From Emiliania huxleyi CCMP1516 (lineage: Eukaryota): a DNA stretch of 64,000 bases. The translations under genes and the position numbers were made by a program. The stretch is taken from positions 76,830-140,829 of the forward strand of contig NW_005201493.1 of assembly GCF_000372725.1 (NCBI RefSeq), in the 5' to 3' direction. Of the stretch, positions 46,458-64,000 are shown in pieces (the first letter of the stretch is position 1; every line of letters starts with the position of its first letter). The notes under the pieces are model-generated. The model was not told where the DNA came from and searched no databases. It worked only from the letters and a program-made list of their open reading frames with translations.

Positions 46458-47110
46458 TCAGGGGGCCGGAGCGAGCACCTTGTCCACGACGTGGATCACG
46501 CCGTTGCCGGTCTGAACGTCGGCGGAGATCACGGTGGAAGCGCCGCCGAGGATACTGGGCGTGACGAGGACGGAGCCGGTCGAGCCGTCGACCGTGATGT
46601 CCTCCCCGTTCAGCGTGGTTTGGGCGGAGTTCGTGAGCGTCAGCGCGTCCGACGCCGGCACCACGGAACCGAGGGCGTGCTTCAGCAGGAGGTTGGTAAG
46701 GTCGGGCTCGTTCTCTGGCAGGAGCAGGTCGGTGACAGTCCCGGCTGGAAGGGCAGCAAAGGCGGCGTTGTTGGGGGCAAAGACGGTGAAGGTTCCGGTC
46801 ACGTCCGAGAGCGCGACTTCCACCGTGGTAGACGCTTGGAACCGCGGCGCAGAGAGTGCCGACGGTGTCCGTGAGCGCGGCGTCGCAGGCTTTGCCGGCG
46901 ATGGTGTCGGAGAGGAAAGAGCTCGTTGCGATCACCTTGTCCACGACGTGGATCACGCCGTTATCGGCCATGATGTCGGCGGTGACCACCTTGGCCTTTC
47001 CTCCGAGGATGGTGGGCGTGACGAGGACGTCGCCGGTGGAGCCATCGACGACGATCTTCTCCGCCGTGTTCTGGGTGGCTTGGACGGAGTTGACGAGCGT
47101 CACAGGGGGC
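46458..47110 (-). pseudogene. Fasciclin (FAS1) repeat gene fragment with apparent frameshift near 46830
   Basis: FTVFAPNNAAF, LLLKHAL and two ADI/V...NGVIHVVDKV motifs in different frames. Confidence 0.7.
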
Positions 47111-47473
47111 GGGTGTGCGCGAGGGCGGGGCGAACACCTCCGATCACGCCGCGGCACTGCCCGGGCGCAAAGAGAATGCCTGCGGCGAGCTGCAGTACCG
47201 AGGCTCGGACTCGTGCTGGCGCCGCGCCGGCGCGCGAGCAGAAGGGGCCTCGGACTCCGTCTCGCACCGCGACGGCCCCCGGGTCGGGCGCCACAGCAGG
47301 CGGGTCCGGAGCGGCTTGAGGAGCGAATATTAGCGGCTTGAGGAGCGGCAAGCGCGCCGAGCCCGCGCCGGGCGGTGCCGGCGGGCGCGGCGGGCTGGGG
47401 CGTGTTCAGGGCGGGCGGCTGGGCGGGGGGCGGCGGGGCGGATCTTGTTGGCTTCTAAAATCTCTCTCAACAG

Positions 47474-47727
47474 AGGTTATTCCCACTTGCAGTCTAAGCA
47501 GTCTGTGAAGTCTTCAGACTGGGTCAGACTGGGTCAGACTGCATCAGACTGCTTCAGACTGCTCAGACTGGGGGAGCACAGTCTGACACAGTCCGCCGCA
47601 GTCTGGCGCAGTCTCGCGCAGTCTGACACGCGTCAGACTGGGTCAGACTGCACCAGACTGCTTCAGACTGCTTCAGACTTGCCTAGACGCCTAGACTGTG
47701 AATGACTCAAGTAAGTGGGAATAACCT
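47474..47727. mobile_element. Nested inverted-repeat element ((CAGACT/CAGTCT)-rich core inside an outer 15-bp IR)
   Basis: Outer AGGTTATTCCCACTT...AAGTGGGAATAACCT; inner CAGTCTA(A/G)GC...GCCTAGACTG (47490-47698). Confidence 0.6.
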
Positions 47728-49923
47728 TAACGAGGAGTGCGAGGCGGTACCCCGGGTGTGGCGCTTCCATCATTGGGATAGCTTCACATGCGCGATGAAG
47801 AGGGGGGAACGCGGGGAGAGGCGGGCGGGCGGAGCGGGCGGCCGGCTGGCGGCGCCCGCTGCCAGCCGCGAAATCTGAGGTCGCCCCGCCCGCCTGCGCC
47901 CCCGCGACGGCCCCGCAGCGGCCGGGCCGGCTGCCTTGGTGGGCGGGGCACCTCCCGCTGCCGCGTCGCGGCCGCGGACGCGCTCGGAAGCACACCGCGG
48001 GCCTCTGCTGCGCGCCTCGAAAGCGTCGCCGCTCTCGACGCGCGGAAGAGCCGGTCCCATGCGTCGGTCCGAGCATCACGCACCCCCGTGCTCGGTCGCA
48101 GGCACCTACTCGACGGTCGACGAGCTCGCCGGCATGTCGCCCGCGCGATACGTCACTCCTGATCCCGATGACGACGGCTACGACGAGGACGTGCCCGCCG
48201 ACCCCCCACCCCCTGCCGCCGACGACGATGCCGCGCCGGACGACGAGCCTGTGGTCGGCGACGCCGATGGCGGCGGCGGCGGCGGCACGGGCAACGCGCG
48301 GCGCTGGGCCGAGGTCTTGCCCGACCCGTCGTGCTGCCCCGCGCTCCCGCTGCTTCTGCTCGCGCTCATCGGCACGGTCGCGTTTTCCTTCTCGCGTCCG
48401 CCCGCGGCGCTGCTGCAGTGTGGACCAGCCACTCCATTGACGCTGCTGCTGGCGCCTCGACCCGAGGCGCAGTCAAGGACAGGAGCAGCGGCGAGAGGCA
48501 GCGAAGAAGTGGCACGGACGCAGCGAGCGCGCAGAGGCAGAGCACGAGTAGTCGAGCAGGAGAGGCGGCCGCACGTGCGAGCACGAGCACTGGTGTGCGG
48601 GACCACGTTGGTCGCATGTCGAGCTCGGACCTGCGCTTCGGGCCTTCGGCTTGGACACAGTTTTGTAGAGAAACGCGAGACAAACCTCAAACGGCCGGGT
48701 GTACTCTGTACACCAAGTACCCCTTCAACCCCTGTCCCATTCGCCTCTCTGATATGCCAGGACAAGACGGGCGCGGAGCCCGCACTCGAAAGGGCTACTA
48801 GCCTCTCTCGACGCTACGGCTTTTCTTTTGACTTACGCCGCCCTCCCCCCCACACGTAGAGCTAAGAGCCTGGCCTCGGTGCTAAGCCGTGGCTCGCGCG
48901 ACGCTGCCCCCGGACGTGTGAGGCGCAAGCGGCTGTTGAGGGAAAAGGTTTGCAACCTAACGGAGGCGAGTGTAGCGGTGCGCTGTGCCGGCGCCGGTGC
49001 TGATGTGACTACTCCAAGAGACCGTGTCGATTGAAGACTACTCATGGCAGAGTAAGAGAGTGTATGCGCGGGTGGACGCGGGCGAGAGGCGTGATGTGGG
49101 ATGGCGCACCGGTCGCGGTGGTGCGGACGCCGCGCAGCCGTGAGGTGCTCTGAGTGGGGCCGCCGGGATAGAGCCTGCGCAGGCAGCAAAGGTGGGCGGC
49201 GTGAGCGCGCGCGGTGCCGCGCTCCATGGTGTGCGAGAGTGCCGGGCCGGGCGTGCCCCCATCAGCGACGGAAGCTCCAAGCCGGCACAGAAACTCCGAC
49301 ACGGGCGTCTGCTGGTTGCGCGTGTCGACGAGCGGGCCCGAGCGAGGCCGCATAGGAGGAAGAACGTCGGTCGTGCGAGCGCTGAGGACAAACGGACGGC
49401 TGAGTGAGCGACGGCAGTCATACCGGCAAGCGTTGGTGTGCGGCAGCGGTCGCTCGGGGGCGGAGGCCGGCGGCAGGGAGAGAATCGGGCGAGAGCACGG
49501 AGCACGCCTACCGTCGAGCGAGATCAGACATCTACATAGAGCACGTGCGGCCACGCCGAGCCACCGAGAGGCGCACCTGGCGCAACTCGAGCGTAAGTGA
49601 CCGTGGCGGCAGCCGCTCGGCGCTCGAGGCGACCATCCGGCCGCCGGGCGTGCCTCTGGCGCCGACTCGGCGCCGTCGGCGACCCCGCGCGGGCCAGAGT
49701 CATGTCGAGCCGGGGCTGAGCCGGCGGTGGCGGACGCTTGGGTGCACGCTCCGGGAGGCTGCCGGGACGGATCGGCCTTTCGGGTGCCGATGCAGCGCCG
49801 CGGAGGCACTGTTCTGGTGAGAACACGCGCCACTGAGGCCGACTGAAGTTGCACGCCCAGGCCAGCCGGGGGGTGATCGGAGAAATCGAGACGATCCGCA
49901 GCAGCGAGCAGCAGCGGCAGCAG

Positions 49924-51220
49924 ATGCAGCAGCCTGGCCTGCATAAAAAAATCATCGCGGCTCAGCGAATTGCCTCGAGAGCAACAACGACGCAGGTGGT
50001 GGGCAGAGCTGGCGAGGTCGAGTACCCGGCCGAGCCTGTGGAGCCTGCAAACGCCGAAAAAAGAGGAGGCGCGTGCTGCAGATGTGGCTGCCTCTTCGTC
50101 GCAAGCCTAATGTTGCTTGCCGGCCTGCCATACATTGAGGCCGGCCTCGAGCGCCCGCTCGTGCACGTCGCTGCTGTCGCAGGCTCAACTTTCTCTTTTC
50201 TCATTGCCCCGCCCCCGCCGAACCCGGCGCCACCACCGTCGCCGCTGCCACCGTCGCCGCCACCACCGTCGCCGCTGCCACCGTCGCCGCCGCCACCGTC
50301 GCCGCTGACACCGTCGCCTCTGCCGCCGTCGCCACTGCCGCTGCCGCCACCGCCGCGGCGGCCGTGGTCCGGCAGGGGGACCTTGCCGCCCCATCCTGAC
50401 GTCACCGCCACCTCCTGGGTGCTGCACGAGCAGACCAACTGTTGGTGGGGCGGCCACGGCGCGGAGGAGGTGGACTCGCCGCGAGGCAGCGACGTGCCGG
50501 GCGTGTCCACACTTCCCGCGTGCAAGGTAGTGATTAATTATAATTAAGATTCATTATTATTAACGAATAGGCGTGTTCACACTTCCCGCGTGCAAGGCGG
50601 CGTGCGTGAGCGCGGCCTCATCGGGGCTGTCGTTTTGCGAGGGCATCGTGTGGGCGCCCCGTGCGGGGAAGTGCTACCGCAAGACGCGCATAAGCTTGGG
50701 GCTCTGCGATTTCGATCCGACCTACCACCTGCACCTCCGCTCGGACCTGCCGCCCGCGCCTCCTGCGAGCTCTCCGCCGCCTCCGGAGAATTATGCGCGT
50801 GTGATGCGCCGCTTCGAATTCGTCGGGAACGGAAGATGCCGATTCCCTTGGAACGCCCACACGTGCGGCCATGTGAAGCCTGTTTACCAGCCGTGCTTGG
50901 TGGAGCAGACCTGCACGTCGACCAAGGAGCAGTGCGCTGCCAAGTGCGCGGAGAATCGCGACTGCAAGGCGTTCGAGTTCAACACAAAGGCGCGCCGCGA
51001 CCCCTTCCGAGCCCCCCTCTCCTTGTGATTCCGGCCTCCCGCCCCGCAATTCGCAGAACGGATGCTGGGGTGCGCCGTGCGAGCTACACGGTGCGAGAAC
51101 ATTTACGCACACCGGCGCAGCCTCCCCGTGTCCACAGTCCTCAACAAGACCTTGCGTCTAGGCGCCGTGCCAGACCACGTGCAGGTCGACGGGCCGTACA
51201 CGTGCATGAAGAAGAAGTGA
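49924..51220 (+). CDS. Type II membrane protein with Pro-rich stalk and PAN/apple-like Cys-rich domains, multi-exon
   Basis: TM (CLFVASLMLLAGL), (PPSP)n, C...C....CEGIVW...KCYRK and CAAKCAENRDCKAFEFN. Confidence 0.7.
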
Positions 51221-51753
51221 TTCCGGCCGTCTATGGCTACACCTCGTGCCTGTCCGCTACGCGTGTCTGTCCTCGACCCAGCCCTAGCTTGGGATGTCCT
51301 TTTTTATTTGTTGTCCGCTGCGCGCGGATTTTAAAATCTTTCCTGGATTTGTTTGTTAAATTCTTTTTCCGGCGTTTGTTTTCTTTCTGGGGGTCAGTCG
51401 GTGCCTCGACGCTCTCCACTCTCCTTGAGCCGACTAGAGCCGTACTGACTTATATACCGTTATACCCTCTAAGTAGAATATACAGTACGTCAGCCAACGG
51501 TTTGGGTGGTGACTGGTGCACACCCCCCCGCGATGTCGCTCGTTCGTGTGCTCCGTGCTCGTAAGTCGTATTTTACTTTATACTCTACGACTTTATGTAT
51601 CTAAAAGAGGGGACGGCTCGATTGGACGGAGGGTGGACGCGTCCAGGGGGGGGGGGTCGGGGGGTATAGTGATTAGTGATGCCTTCACGACCAAAAGCGT
51701 GACACTGACAGCTGCGGAGGGAATGGAGAGCGAGTCGTAACACATCGGAGCAC

Positions 51754-53443
<1,690 letters not shown>

Positions 53444-53633
53444 CATCACAACGCCCCTGCTAGCGACGCCTGGGCGGCGATGATGCCGCAGGCGGCGACC
53501 GCGGAGCACCGCAGGGATAAAACGGAATACACGTGGCGAGAGTCTGGAAAGTGGGGGCCAGTTCCAGTGGGATAGAGAAGCCTGCAGCGTGCAGGAGGAG
53601 ACGTATACATGCGCCACGTGCATACGGTAGGTC

Positions 53634-57277
<3,644 letters not shown>

Positions 57278-57823
57278 TATTTCAGCACCCGCCCCCTGGC
57301 GTCTTGGCCGTCTATGTACGTGCCGCCATCCCGTGTCGCGGAAGCGAGGCGGCAGTAGAACGAAATAGCACCTCACGGCTCGCCAGCAGCGGACACTCAA
57401 GAGGAGGAGATACACACGACGAGATACACCGTTTCATTGCCTCGTCGGGGCTGTGTATCTTCCTCCTGCGCTGTCTGGCCCCGCACAGCGACTTGCGAGG
57501 GCTCGTCTTCGATGGGTTCCACGGCAATGCCAGCGCTGTCGGTGCCGCCCTAGTCGCGCCAGCGCCCTCCCTCCCCCATAAATGGACTGGCTCTCGGGCC
57601 CAAGCCGTTCGCGAATGCGCCGTTCGCGCGCTCGACCCTTGGCGCGGCGGAGGCTCGCATTCACCACAGAGCGAGCCGCGTCGCCCAGTCCAATTAAGAT
57701 AGCTACTTGACACCCTGGTGCACACTTGGAGCGCCTCCGCGCATCGCCCGTGTCGATCCCCATGTCAGACGGTAGCTCTGGAGTCCTGGCGCGCAGGGAG
57801 AAGGGCGAGGCACATTCCAGGCA

Positions 57824-58354
57824 GTGACCTCTCGCCCCTCTCCCGAGCCTGCGCAGGTGGCTGCTGCGCCCACAGACGGGCCAGTGCTGGGCACGCGCAT
57901 CCTACAGTCGGAGGCTTCCGCCGACGCTCAGTACGTGATTGCCGCTCTGCTGCCCCCGCGCGACGCCGCAGCGCTGTCGGGCGTGAACAAGGACTACTAC
58001 TTCATCGCGCGCAGTCCGCTAATTTGGGCGTCGCACGTGCAGCACATTCGCAAGACGAACCCGGAGGTGCAGGCTCCGTTGGAGGTGTACGATGACCCGT
58101 ACGAGGAGTACAAGGGACTTCGTGCTGCGGGAGAGAGGCACTCGGCCGAGGAGCTGGTCTCGCACGTCAAGTCTTTCAAGGGGAAGGAGCTGCTGCTCTT
58201 ACGAACCTTCGGCACCGTGACGGAGCCGGGGACGAAGAGTGCCACTTTCGAGCCAAACGGCCCGATCTCGCTGCCTGTCCCGGCACAGCTCGCGCTGGAG
58301 CTAGGTGCGTCATGTCTGCGGTTGCGTCATGAAGTTAGAAATAGTACTGGCTAG
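57824..58354 (+). CDS. F-box-like protein exon or fragment
   Basis: VIAALLPPRDAAALSGVNKDYYFIARSPLIW fits the F-box pattern. Confidence 0.5.
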   Translation: MTSRPSPEPAQVAAAPTDGPVLGTRILQSEASADAQYVIAALLPPRDAAALSGVNKDYYFIARSPLIWASHVQHIRKTNPEVQAPLEVYDDPYEEYKGLRAAGERHSAEELVSHVKSFKGKELLLLRTFGTVTEPGTKSATFEPNGPISLPVPAQLALELGASCLRLRHEVRNSTG

Positions 58355-59339
58355 TCTATTCCTACTCATCACCACTCGCCAGAACACACCCCCACACTGC
58401 TTAGAAGGAAATGGTTTTGTGCAAGGTCCGTATGGGATATGGGGCACACTCTTCCTGTGTGACTGTGAGTACTGTGTGTAGTGTCCCTGCCGCGGTGTGC
58501 GCACTAATACCATTGAAGACGGTATCCAGCTACGTGGTATGTACTCGTACGTATGTTTTTTAAAGTGATTTCAGAACAAACGCCTTCGGCATTTTTTTCT
58601 CCGGCACCGCCACCGAGAGAGGCTCACAAGAGACAGCTGGCTGCCTCGCGCCGGGGACGAAATAGCACCTCGACCACCTCGACCTCGACCACCTCGACCA
58701 CCCACCTCGACCCGCTCCCTGCGCGGCTCCCCTGAGGCTTCCGCGGGTGCCGCGAGCCTCGTGGGGTCTCGCCCTGATGGCGCGCCTCCTCCGCTGCCGA
58801 TCTGGCCACTCGTCCGCTCGTGTAGTACCTAGGCGCGCTGGACATTGCTCGCTCGCCACTTCCTCCGCGACGCCCGCTCAGTCAGTCATTCTTTGTGCGG
58901 CTATCAGGGCACGACTCCGTGTTTAGCTAATGGGAGTTGTCTCTTGAATGTCGGGCTGGACTGTTCGCGTGCGAGTGTCGGTGATGTGCAGGGTCCTGGG
59001 AAGCAAAGCCAGCGCAGGCGTCTTTGCACGACACGCTGCAAACAAGTTGCCTCTGTCGTCGGGCAGTTGGGGGGGGTTTGGGGGGGGGGGGGGGATTGTG
59101 TCGTTAGCACTCCCCGTCGACTCGGCAAGCGCGACCTGCGTCTCTGGAGCGTGACTTCGTCCCCTTGTGTGCTGCGCATGCGTGTGCCGTGTAGCTCCAT
59201 GCTTCAGCCGCGGCGCGCGGGACCAGGTACGATGCATTATACAACGATACTACTCTCTCTGCCATCGTTTAACACCCAGACTGCTTCATAGAAGTCACAC
59301 TTATTCCCCTCCGATGTGAGGCGTGGTCTCAGCTCTCAG

Positions 59340-59790
59340 CCGGAGGAAGCGCCCCCACCGGTTCTGGTCCAGGAAATTACGACTGAACTTGTTGCGCACA
59401 GTCTGCAGGTCAGCTTGCGCCCTTGCTGGTGGAGGAGATGCAGCTCCTTGGCACAGTCACCGAGGTCAAGACGAGTGTAGCCGGTCGCTTCCTACACATC
59501 AATCAGCTGTGAGACGGAGAGGTTTTTATATATAAGGAAAATAGGTGCGATCACATTAAGAAGATGCGATGCGTGCCGTCAAAAGGGGGGGGGGGGGGGC
59601 GTGCTCCACAAGGAGCGGTTGCGTGTGTGCAGCGCGAGGTGGATTGCCGCAGCTGCCACCATGGATGGCTCAAATCTCTTAAGGCGCACATTCATCGAGA
59701 GACAATTTGCAGAGGTATAATGCGAGCAAATATGTGAGCCCGAGCCCACCAAGTTGTCGGCACGCACCTCGAATGTGGCTGAGCGATATC
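59340..59790 (-). pseudogene. Cyclin C-terminal domain fragment (A/B-type-like), degenerate
   Basis: LKRFEPSMVAAAAIHLAL...W and TGYTRLDLGDCAKELHLL, then LQTVRNKFS in a shifted frame. Confidence 0.6.
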
Positions 59791-59802
59791 AGCGTCTAAC
59801 CA

Positions 59803-60405
59803 ATGCTGAAGGTCACACACCACGCTCCAATGATAGAGCAGGCGGCGATCGAAGGACGCGAAATATGCATCGGCTTCCAGGATCTGTCAACATGCTTCAT
59901 GAGCATCGTAAAGGAGATACAATTTCAGCTCGAGGCGGCGCTAGGAGTAGAACCCGAGATCAGCGCGGTAATTAAGGCGCTACACACAAACGTTACAGGG
60001 CAATTTGAGACCGAACATGGGCTGTCGGACGCATTCCCCCTGGACCGAGGCACAGGCCAGGGCGATCCGAACGGAGGGTCGAGGGCGAAGATGCCGATAG
60101 CAATGGGACAATGGGCGGTGTCCAAGTACGCGAGAGGATTCGCGGTCACAAAAGGAGAAAACGGGCGGGTGCCACAGCTATATTACGCGGACGACGGCTC
60201 ATTCATCACTGAGAGCACCGCGGACCTACAGGCGATATTCGACCTGAACTGGTACTTAATGAAGATGAGTGGCATGGCGGTCAAGGTCAAGGGAAAAGAA
60301 AAGACAGCGTACATGGCAGTACGATACGAGAATGGGATCGCACGAAACATAGAAGGCGCGCCAATGCGACTCCTAAGGCACTGCAGCAGACGGCGGCATC
60401 AATAA
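59803..60405 (+). CDS. Reverse transcriptase fragment (non-LTR type)
   Basis: QGDP and YADD motifs with non-LTR spacing. Confidence 0.88.
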   Translation: MLKVTHHAPMIEQAAIEGREICIGFQDLSTCFMSIVKEIQFQLEAALGVEPEISAVIKALHTNVTGQFETEHGLSDAFPLDRGTGQGDPNGGSRAKMPIAMGQWAVSKYARGFAVTKGENGRVPQLYYADDGSFITESTADLQAIFDLNWYLMKMSGMAVKVKGKEKTAYMAVRYENGIARNIEGAPMRLLRHCSRRRHQ

Positions 60406-60521
60406 TCAAAGTACGGGAAGGGAAGAGGAAGGGACTCGAGGCGGAGAGGAAGGAACGAGTAGCCGCGGAAACAGAACGCCTGAGAGAGGGACAGAAGGAA
60501 AGGAAGGAGAGGATACGAGAA

Positions 60522-62501
60522 ATGGAGTGGGCGGCGAATGCGTGTATTTGCTGGCGACGGAGGCGACATCGACAACGTGATGCCGAGGAGAAGGAGAGGG
60601 AAGAGGCAGAGAGACGCCTCGAAGCGGGGAGAGGCAGAACGACGAGAGCGATGGGGATGACACTCAAAACGACCCACTGCGAGCTCGAAGGCGAAGGCCA
60701 GCGCAGGAAACGCGGTGATAGGAACGACGATGCGGCGAGCGCCGGAGGGAAGCGACGACAGCGAGGGGACGAGGACGGCGAGCAGAGAGGAGAACAGACG
60801 GCGAGCGGCGCACGCGAGGGCGACCACGCAGGAGAAAACAGACGGGACGAGGGGAAGGAAACGCGGCCCGCCAGGAAGCGAAGGCAGACGGCAAGATACG
60901 TCGCCGGACCAGCGACAGGAAGCGCAGGAAAACAAAAAGAACAAGACCAGGAGCATGGAGACGAGGGAAGGCGCGAGGCGCTCCGCCGACAAGCAGCAGA
61001 GGCGGCGGCGAAAGTAACGACGGCCATGCTAACGACGGGCGGCACGGTGGAAGGGGCGAAGGTAGGCCCCTCTAGCATAGCGGAAGGGGAACTCGGCCTA
61101 CTGGCGACGAGGAGGCTAGAGAAATTTGAGGTGTGTAGCATCTACACTGGGGAGATCTTCCGGACAGGAACGGCGCAGCCACCAGAGACAGTACCAGACG
61201 AACTATCACGACACACGGCAGCAGGGGGGACGCAGCTGGATGGAAGTGACGACGAGAGCGGGGACGACTTTGACAGCGTCGCGGCGCGCCTTAACTTCGA
61301 CTGGCCTGCAGCATCGAATGAGCCGAAACGAGGCACGAGGGCGACGCACTTCGTACGCTACGAGGAGATACAATTAGGCAAGGCAGCTGCGCAGGTGATG
61401 GTCCTGTTTGCAGAGAGGGGAGTCAAGGAAGGCCAAGAAATCACATGGTCATATGGGGACTCATACAGGAGCCACCGCAAGAAGATGGGATACAGGGCGG
61501 GGACCAAGGCGGATCCGAACGCAATAACACCCCAGCAAGCGCGGACGGCATTCGCGAGATACTGCAAAAAGATAGACGTGACGAAGGAGGAGCTAGCGTG
61601 GAACTTTGGATGCATATCGGCAAGCCAAAATAACGAGCAGGAGGCTGTCCTGGTGCGTGAGCTAATCCTGAGCAACAATAAGCGACTGTACCACGGAGCA
61701 CAGAGCGCAGCAGACAGGACGGCGGCGACGGCGGACATGGCAGAGACGAGTGTGAAACAAAGGGCGGCGGACATGGAGGGCGGTAGCGACGGGGATGGAG
61801 ACGGTGACGGTGGCGAGGGAGAGGAAGGGGGTCCATTAACACCAGACAGCGAGAGGGGCAGGGAGGAAAGGGGGAGAGAGGAAGCCAACGCGACGTGCGC
61901 AGAGGATGAGGATATAAACTGGGACGACGCAGCGGAGGGGATAGGCGAGGGAATCGAGGGACCGGAGGGCTTTCGCGACAGCGACGATGACGACGAAGAA
62001 AGGGGAGGGGACGGAGGGGCGACACGCAGGAGGAGCGAAATCGCTAACGGCCCGAGCAGAGAGGGCGACGGCGGGGCACGAGGGAACAACGGAGATGCTA
62101 CCGATGACGCGAACCGAGGCACGGACGCCGGCGGGGACGGGGAGGGCGACAGCGACGTCGAGGTTAACGCAACCGTATCGAGAGCGCCACCCAAAAAGGG
62201 GCGGACAGCCATGGAGGTCACCGAATGGAGGGCGAACGGCACGATGCGAAAAGGCAGGGCGAGGCGGATGGAGAAAGAAGTGCCGAGAAGGCCATGGTGG
62301 AGGGGAGGGACGGGAGGACGAAAGAAGGGCGAGGAGGACGAGCGGCCCGCACAGACCGCGAGCAGACAGCGCCTGCTGGCCATTTCGAGACATTCGCCAA
62401 GAACGCTAGCTACATGGGAGGGCTTCGTGAAGGATGGATTGAAAAACATTCGAACAAAGAAGAGGCGACGGGAGGAACCGGCGGAGGATGCAGTGACGTG
62501 A
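60522..62501 (+). CDS. Retroelement-borne protein with SET domain (frame open from ~60370)
   Basis: VGPSSIAEGELGLLATRRLEKFEVCSIYTGE ... SNEP ... VLFAERGVKEGQEITWSYGDSY. Confidence 0.75.
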   Translation: MEWAANACICWRRRRHRQRDAEEKEREEAERRLEAGRGRTTRAMGMTLKTTHCELEGEGQRRKRGDRNDDAASAGGKRRQRGDEDGEQRGEQTASGAREGDHAGENRRDEGKETRPARKRRQTARYVAGPATGSAGKQKEQDQEHGDEGRREALRRQAAEAAAKVTTAMLTTGGTVEGAKVGPSSIAEGELGLLATRRLEKFEVCSIYTGEIFRTGTAQPPETVPDELSRHTAAGGTQLDGSDDESGDDFDSVAARLNFDWPAASNEPKRGTRATHFVRYEEIQLGKAAAQVMVLFAERGVKEGQEITWSYGDSYRSHRKKMGYRAGTKADPNAITPQQARTAFARYCKKIDVTKEELAWNFGCISASQNNEQEAVLVRELILSNNKRLYHGAQSAADRTAATADMAETSVKQRAADMEGGSDGDGDGDGGEGEEGGPLTPDSERGREERGREEANATCAEDEDINWDDAAEGIGEGIEGPEGFRDSDDDDEERGGDGGATRRRSEIANGPSREGDGGARGNNGDATDDANRGTDAGGDGEGDSDVEVNATVSRAPPKKGRTAMEVTEWRANGTMRKGRARRMEKEVPRRPWWRGGTGGRKKGEEDERPAQTASRQRLLAISRHSPRTLATWEGFVKDGLKNIRTKKRRREEPAEDAVT

Positions 62502-62629
<128 letters not shown>

Positions 62630-63423
62630 GCTCACCCACGCGCACTGGGCCTTGCACTTTGAATGCCGTGGGGCTCCTGTCGTCAGACGTGGAGACGCGA
62701 GGGTTGCCCCCCCTTGCCCCACCACCTCGTGTGTGTGGAGAAGTTTACCTTACCTTACCTTACCTGGTAGCTGGTCGGTACCGCGTGTAAACAAGAATAT
62801 TTTTTCGACCCTCGAGTCTCGGCTCTCGCTCCACCCGTGAAACTCTCTGAAAGTAACTCACCTGCCAGTTCCTCAACGCTCAAGGCTAATTAGCGCTGCA
62901 TCAGCGTCAGCCCGACTGGGTTGCTGCGGCTCCGCGCTCCGCCCACTCGGCCGGCTTGCAGTCTACCCGTTCGCCGAGGGCGTCGCACTGCAGCTCGTCG
63001 AGCGAGGCGAGGAAGCCCTCCCGCTCCCGCCGCTGCTCCGCCTTGATGCCCTTCTCGCGCTCGCGGCGCGAGCGCAGGAAGGCCTGCATCGCCGCCGACG
63101 GAGGCGCCTTCTTCCTTCGCCTCTTGCCGACCGAGTCCGAGGCGAGCTCGTCCGCCACGGCCGACGGCGCCGCGGCGGCGTCTCGCGGATGGCGTCCGCG
63201 GCGGCCACCTCCCGCTCCTCCGCGGAAATCGTCGCCGCCAGAGCCGCTCGCGCCTCCGCCTGCCGCGCCTGCAGCGCGTCGACGTCCGCCTGCAGCGAGG
63301 CCGCTCTGTCCTCGACGAGCCTGGCGAGCGGCTGAAGAAGAGTTTGCTAGGCAGTCACGGAGAAGTGCAAAGTCGCCACCTCCGTCGGGACAAAAGCGGC
63401 AATGGTACCGCCCTCGCGCCCGC

Positions 63424-63523
63424 NNNNNNNNNNNNNNNNNNNNNNNNNNNNNNNNNNNNNNNNNNNNNNNNNNNNNNNNNNNNNNNNNNNNNNNNNNNNN
63501 NNNNNNNNNNNNNNNNNNNNNNN
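63424..63523. other. Assembly gap (100 N)
   Basis: Run of N. Confidence 0.99.
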
Positions 63524-63781
63524 TGCACAGTCAACCACGACATGGCGTGCGATCAGTCCATCGCCTCGAGCGACGCGATATGCGAGTGCGCTGCGCTTGC
63601 GCCGCTCTCTCCGGGCTGAGTGCCGCGCATGGCGGCAGTGGCGCGGGGGGGGGGTGGAGGAGGGTGAGGGGAGAGGAAGAGGGGCGGTGGTTCGCCTCGA
63701 GGGTAGCCCACCGCTCGGCGAGCTGCAGCGTGCGCGGCGTGTAGAAGATGTGGTCGAGCGCCCACTCAACGCAAGGCCCCT

Positions 63782-64000
63782 AAGGCCAGGTCAGGTCAAG
63801 GACGCTTCTCCACACACACGAAGGTGGTGGGGCGAGGGCCAGGCTAGCCCTCGCGACTCCACGTCTAGACAGGCAGGAGCCCCACGGCATGCAAAGTGCA
63901 AGGCCCAGTGCGCGTGGTTGAGCGGTGTGTGTGCGTGCGTGTGTGCGTGTGTGCGTGTGCGCGTGTGTGCGTGGGTGTGTGGGTGCGTGGGTGTGTGGTG
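63782..64000 (-). mobile_element. 3' end of a diverged relative of the same retrotransposon family (continues beyond the window)
   Basis: The reverse complement gives degenerate (CA)n + CCGCTCA.CCACGCGCACTGGGCCTTGCACTTTG.ATGCCGTGGGGCTCC...GTGTGTGTGGAGAAG + a CCTTGACCTGACCTGG tail. Confidence 0.85.

Overview
GC-rich eukaryotic nuclear DNA with spliceosomal introns (many with GC donors and 10-11 bp minisatellite fillers) and plastid-targeted genes with bipartite leaders. The style suggests a haptophyte such as Emiliania/Gephyrocapsa huxleyi; this is an inference. About 25 genes or gene fragments are present: ankyrin-U-box, alpha/beta hydrolase, HisI, NHL-BTB, SR protein, HCF101, DEAD-box helicase, HET-LRR, SLATT-like, GST, BspA LRR, plastid FBPase, fasciclin, PAN protein, GH127, F-box and cyclin. 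They are interleaved with many mobile elements, including several MITEs with readable TIRs/TSDs and a SINE-like repeat family. Three things stand out. (1) A non-LTR retrotransposon family (2 near-identical copies plus a diverged 3' end) encodes a SET-domain (lysine methyltransferase-like) module downstream of RT and has a structured 3' UTR and a (TTACC)n tail. (2) Homologous TIR-bearing elements form complete introns in two unrelated genes, with a 10-bp target duplication supplying the GC donor (Introner-like). (3) Many other introns begin with a duplicate of the downstream exon. Exon boundaries were read by eye and are approximate unless stated.
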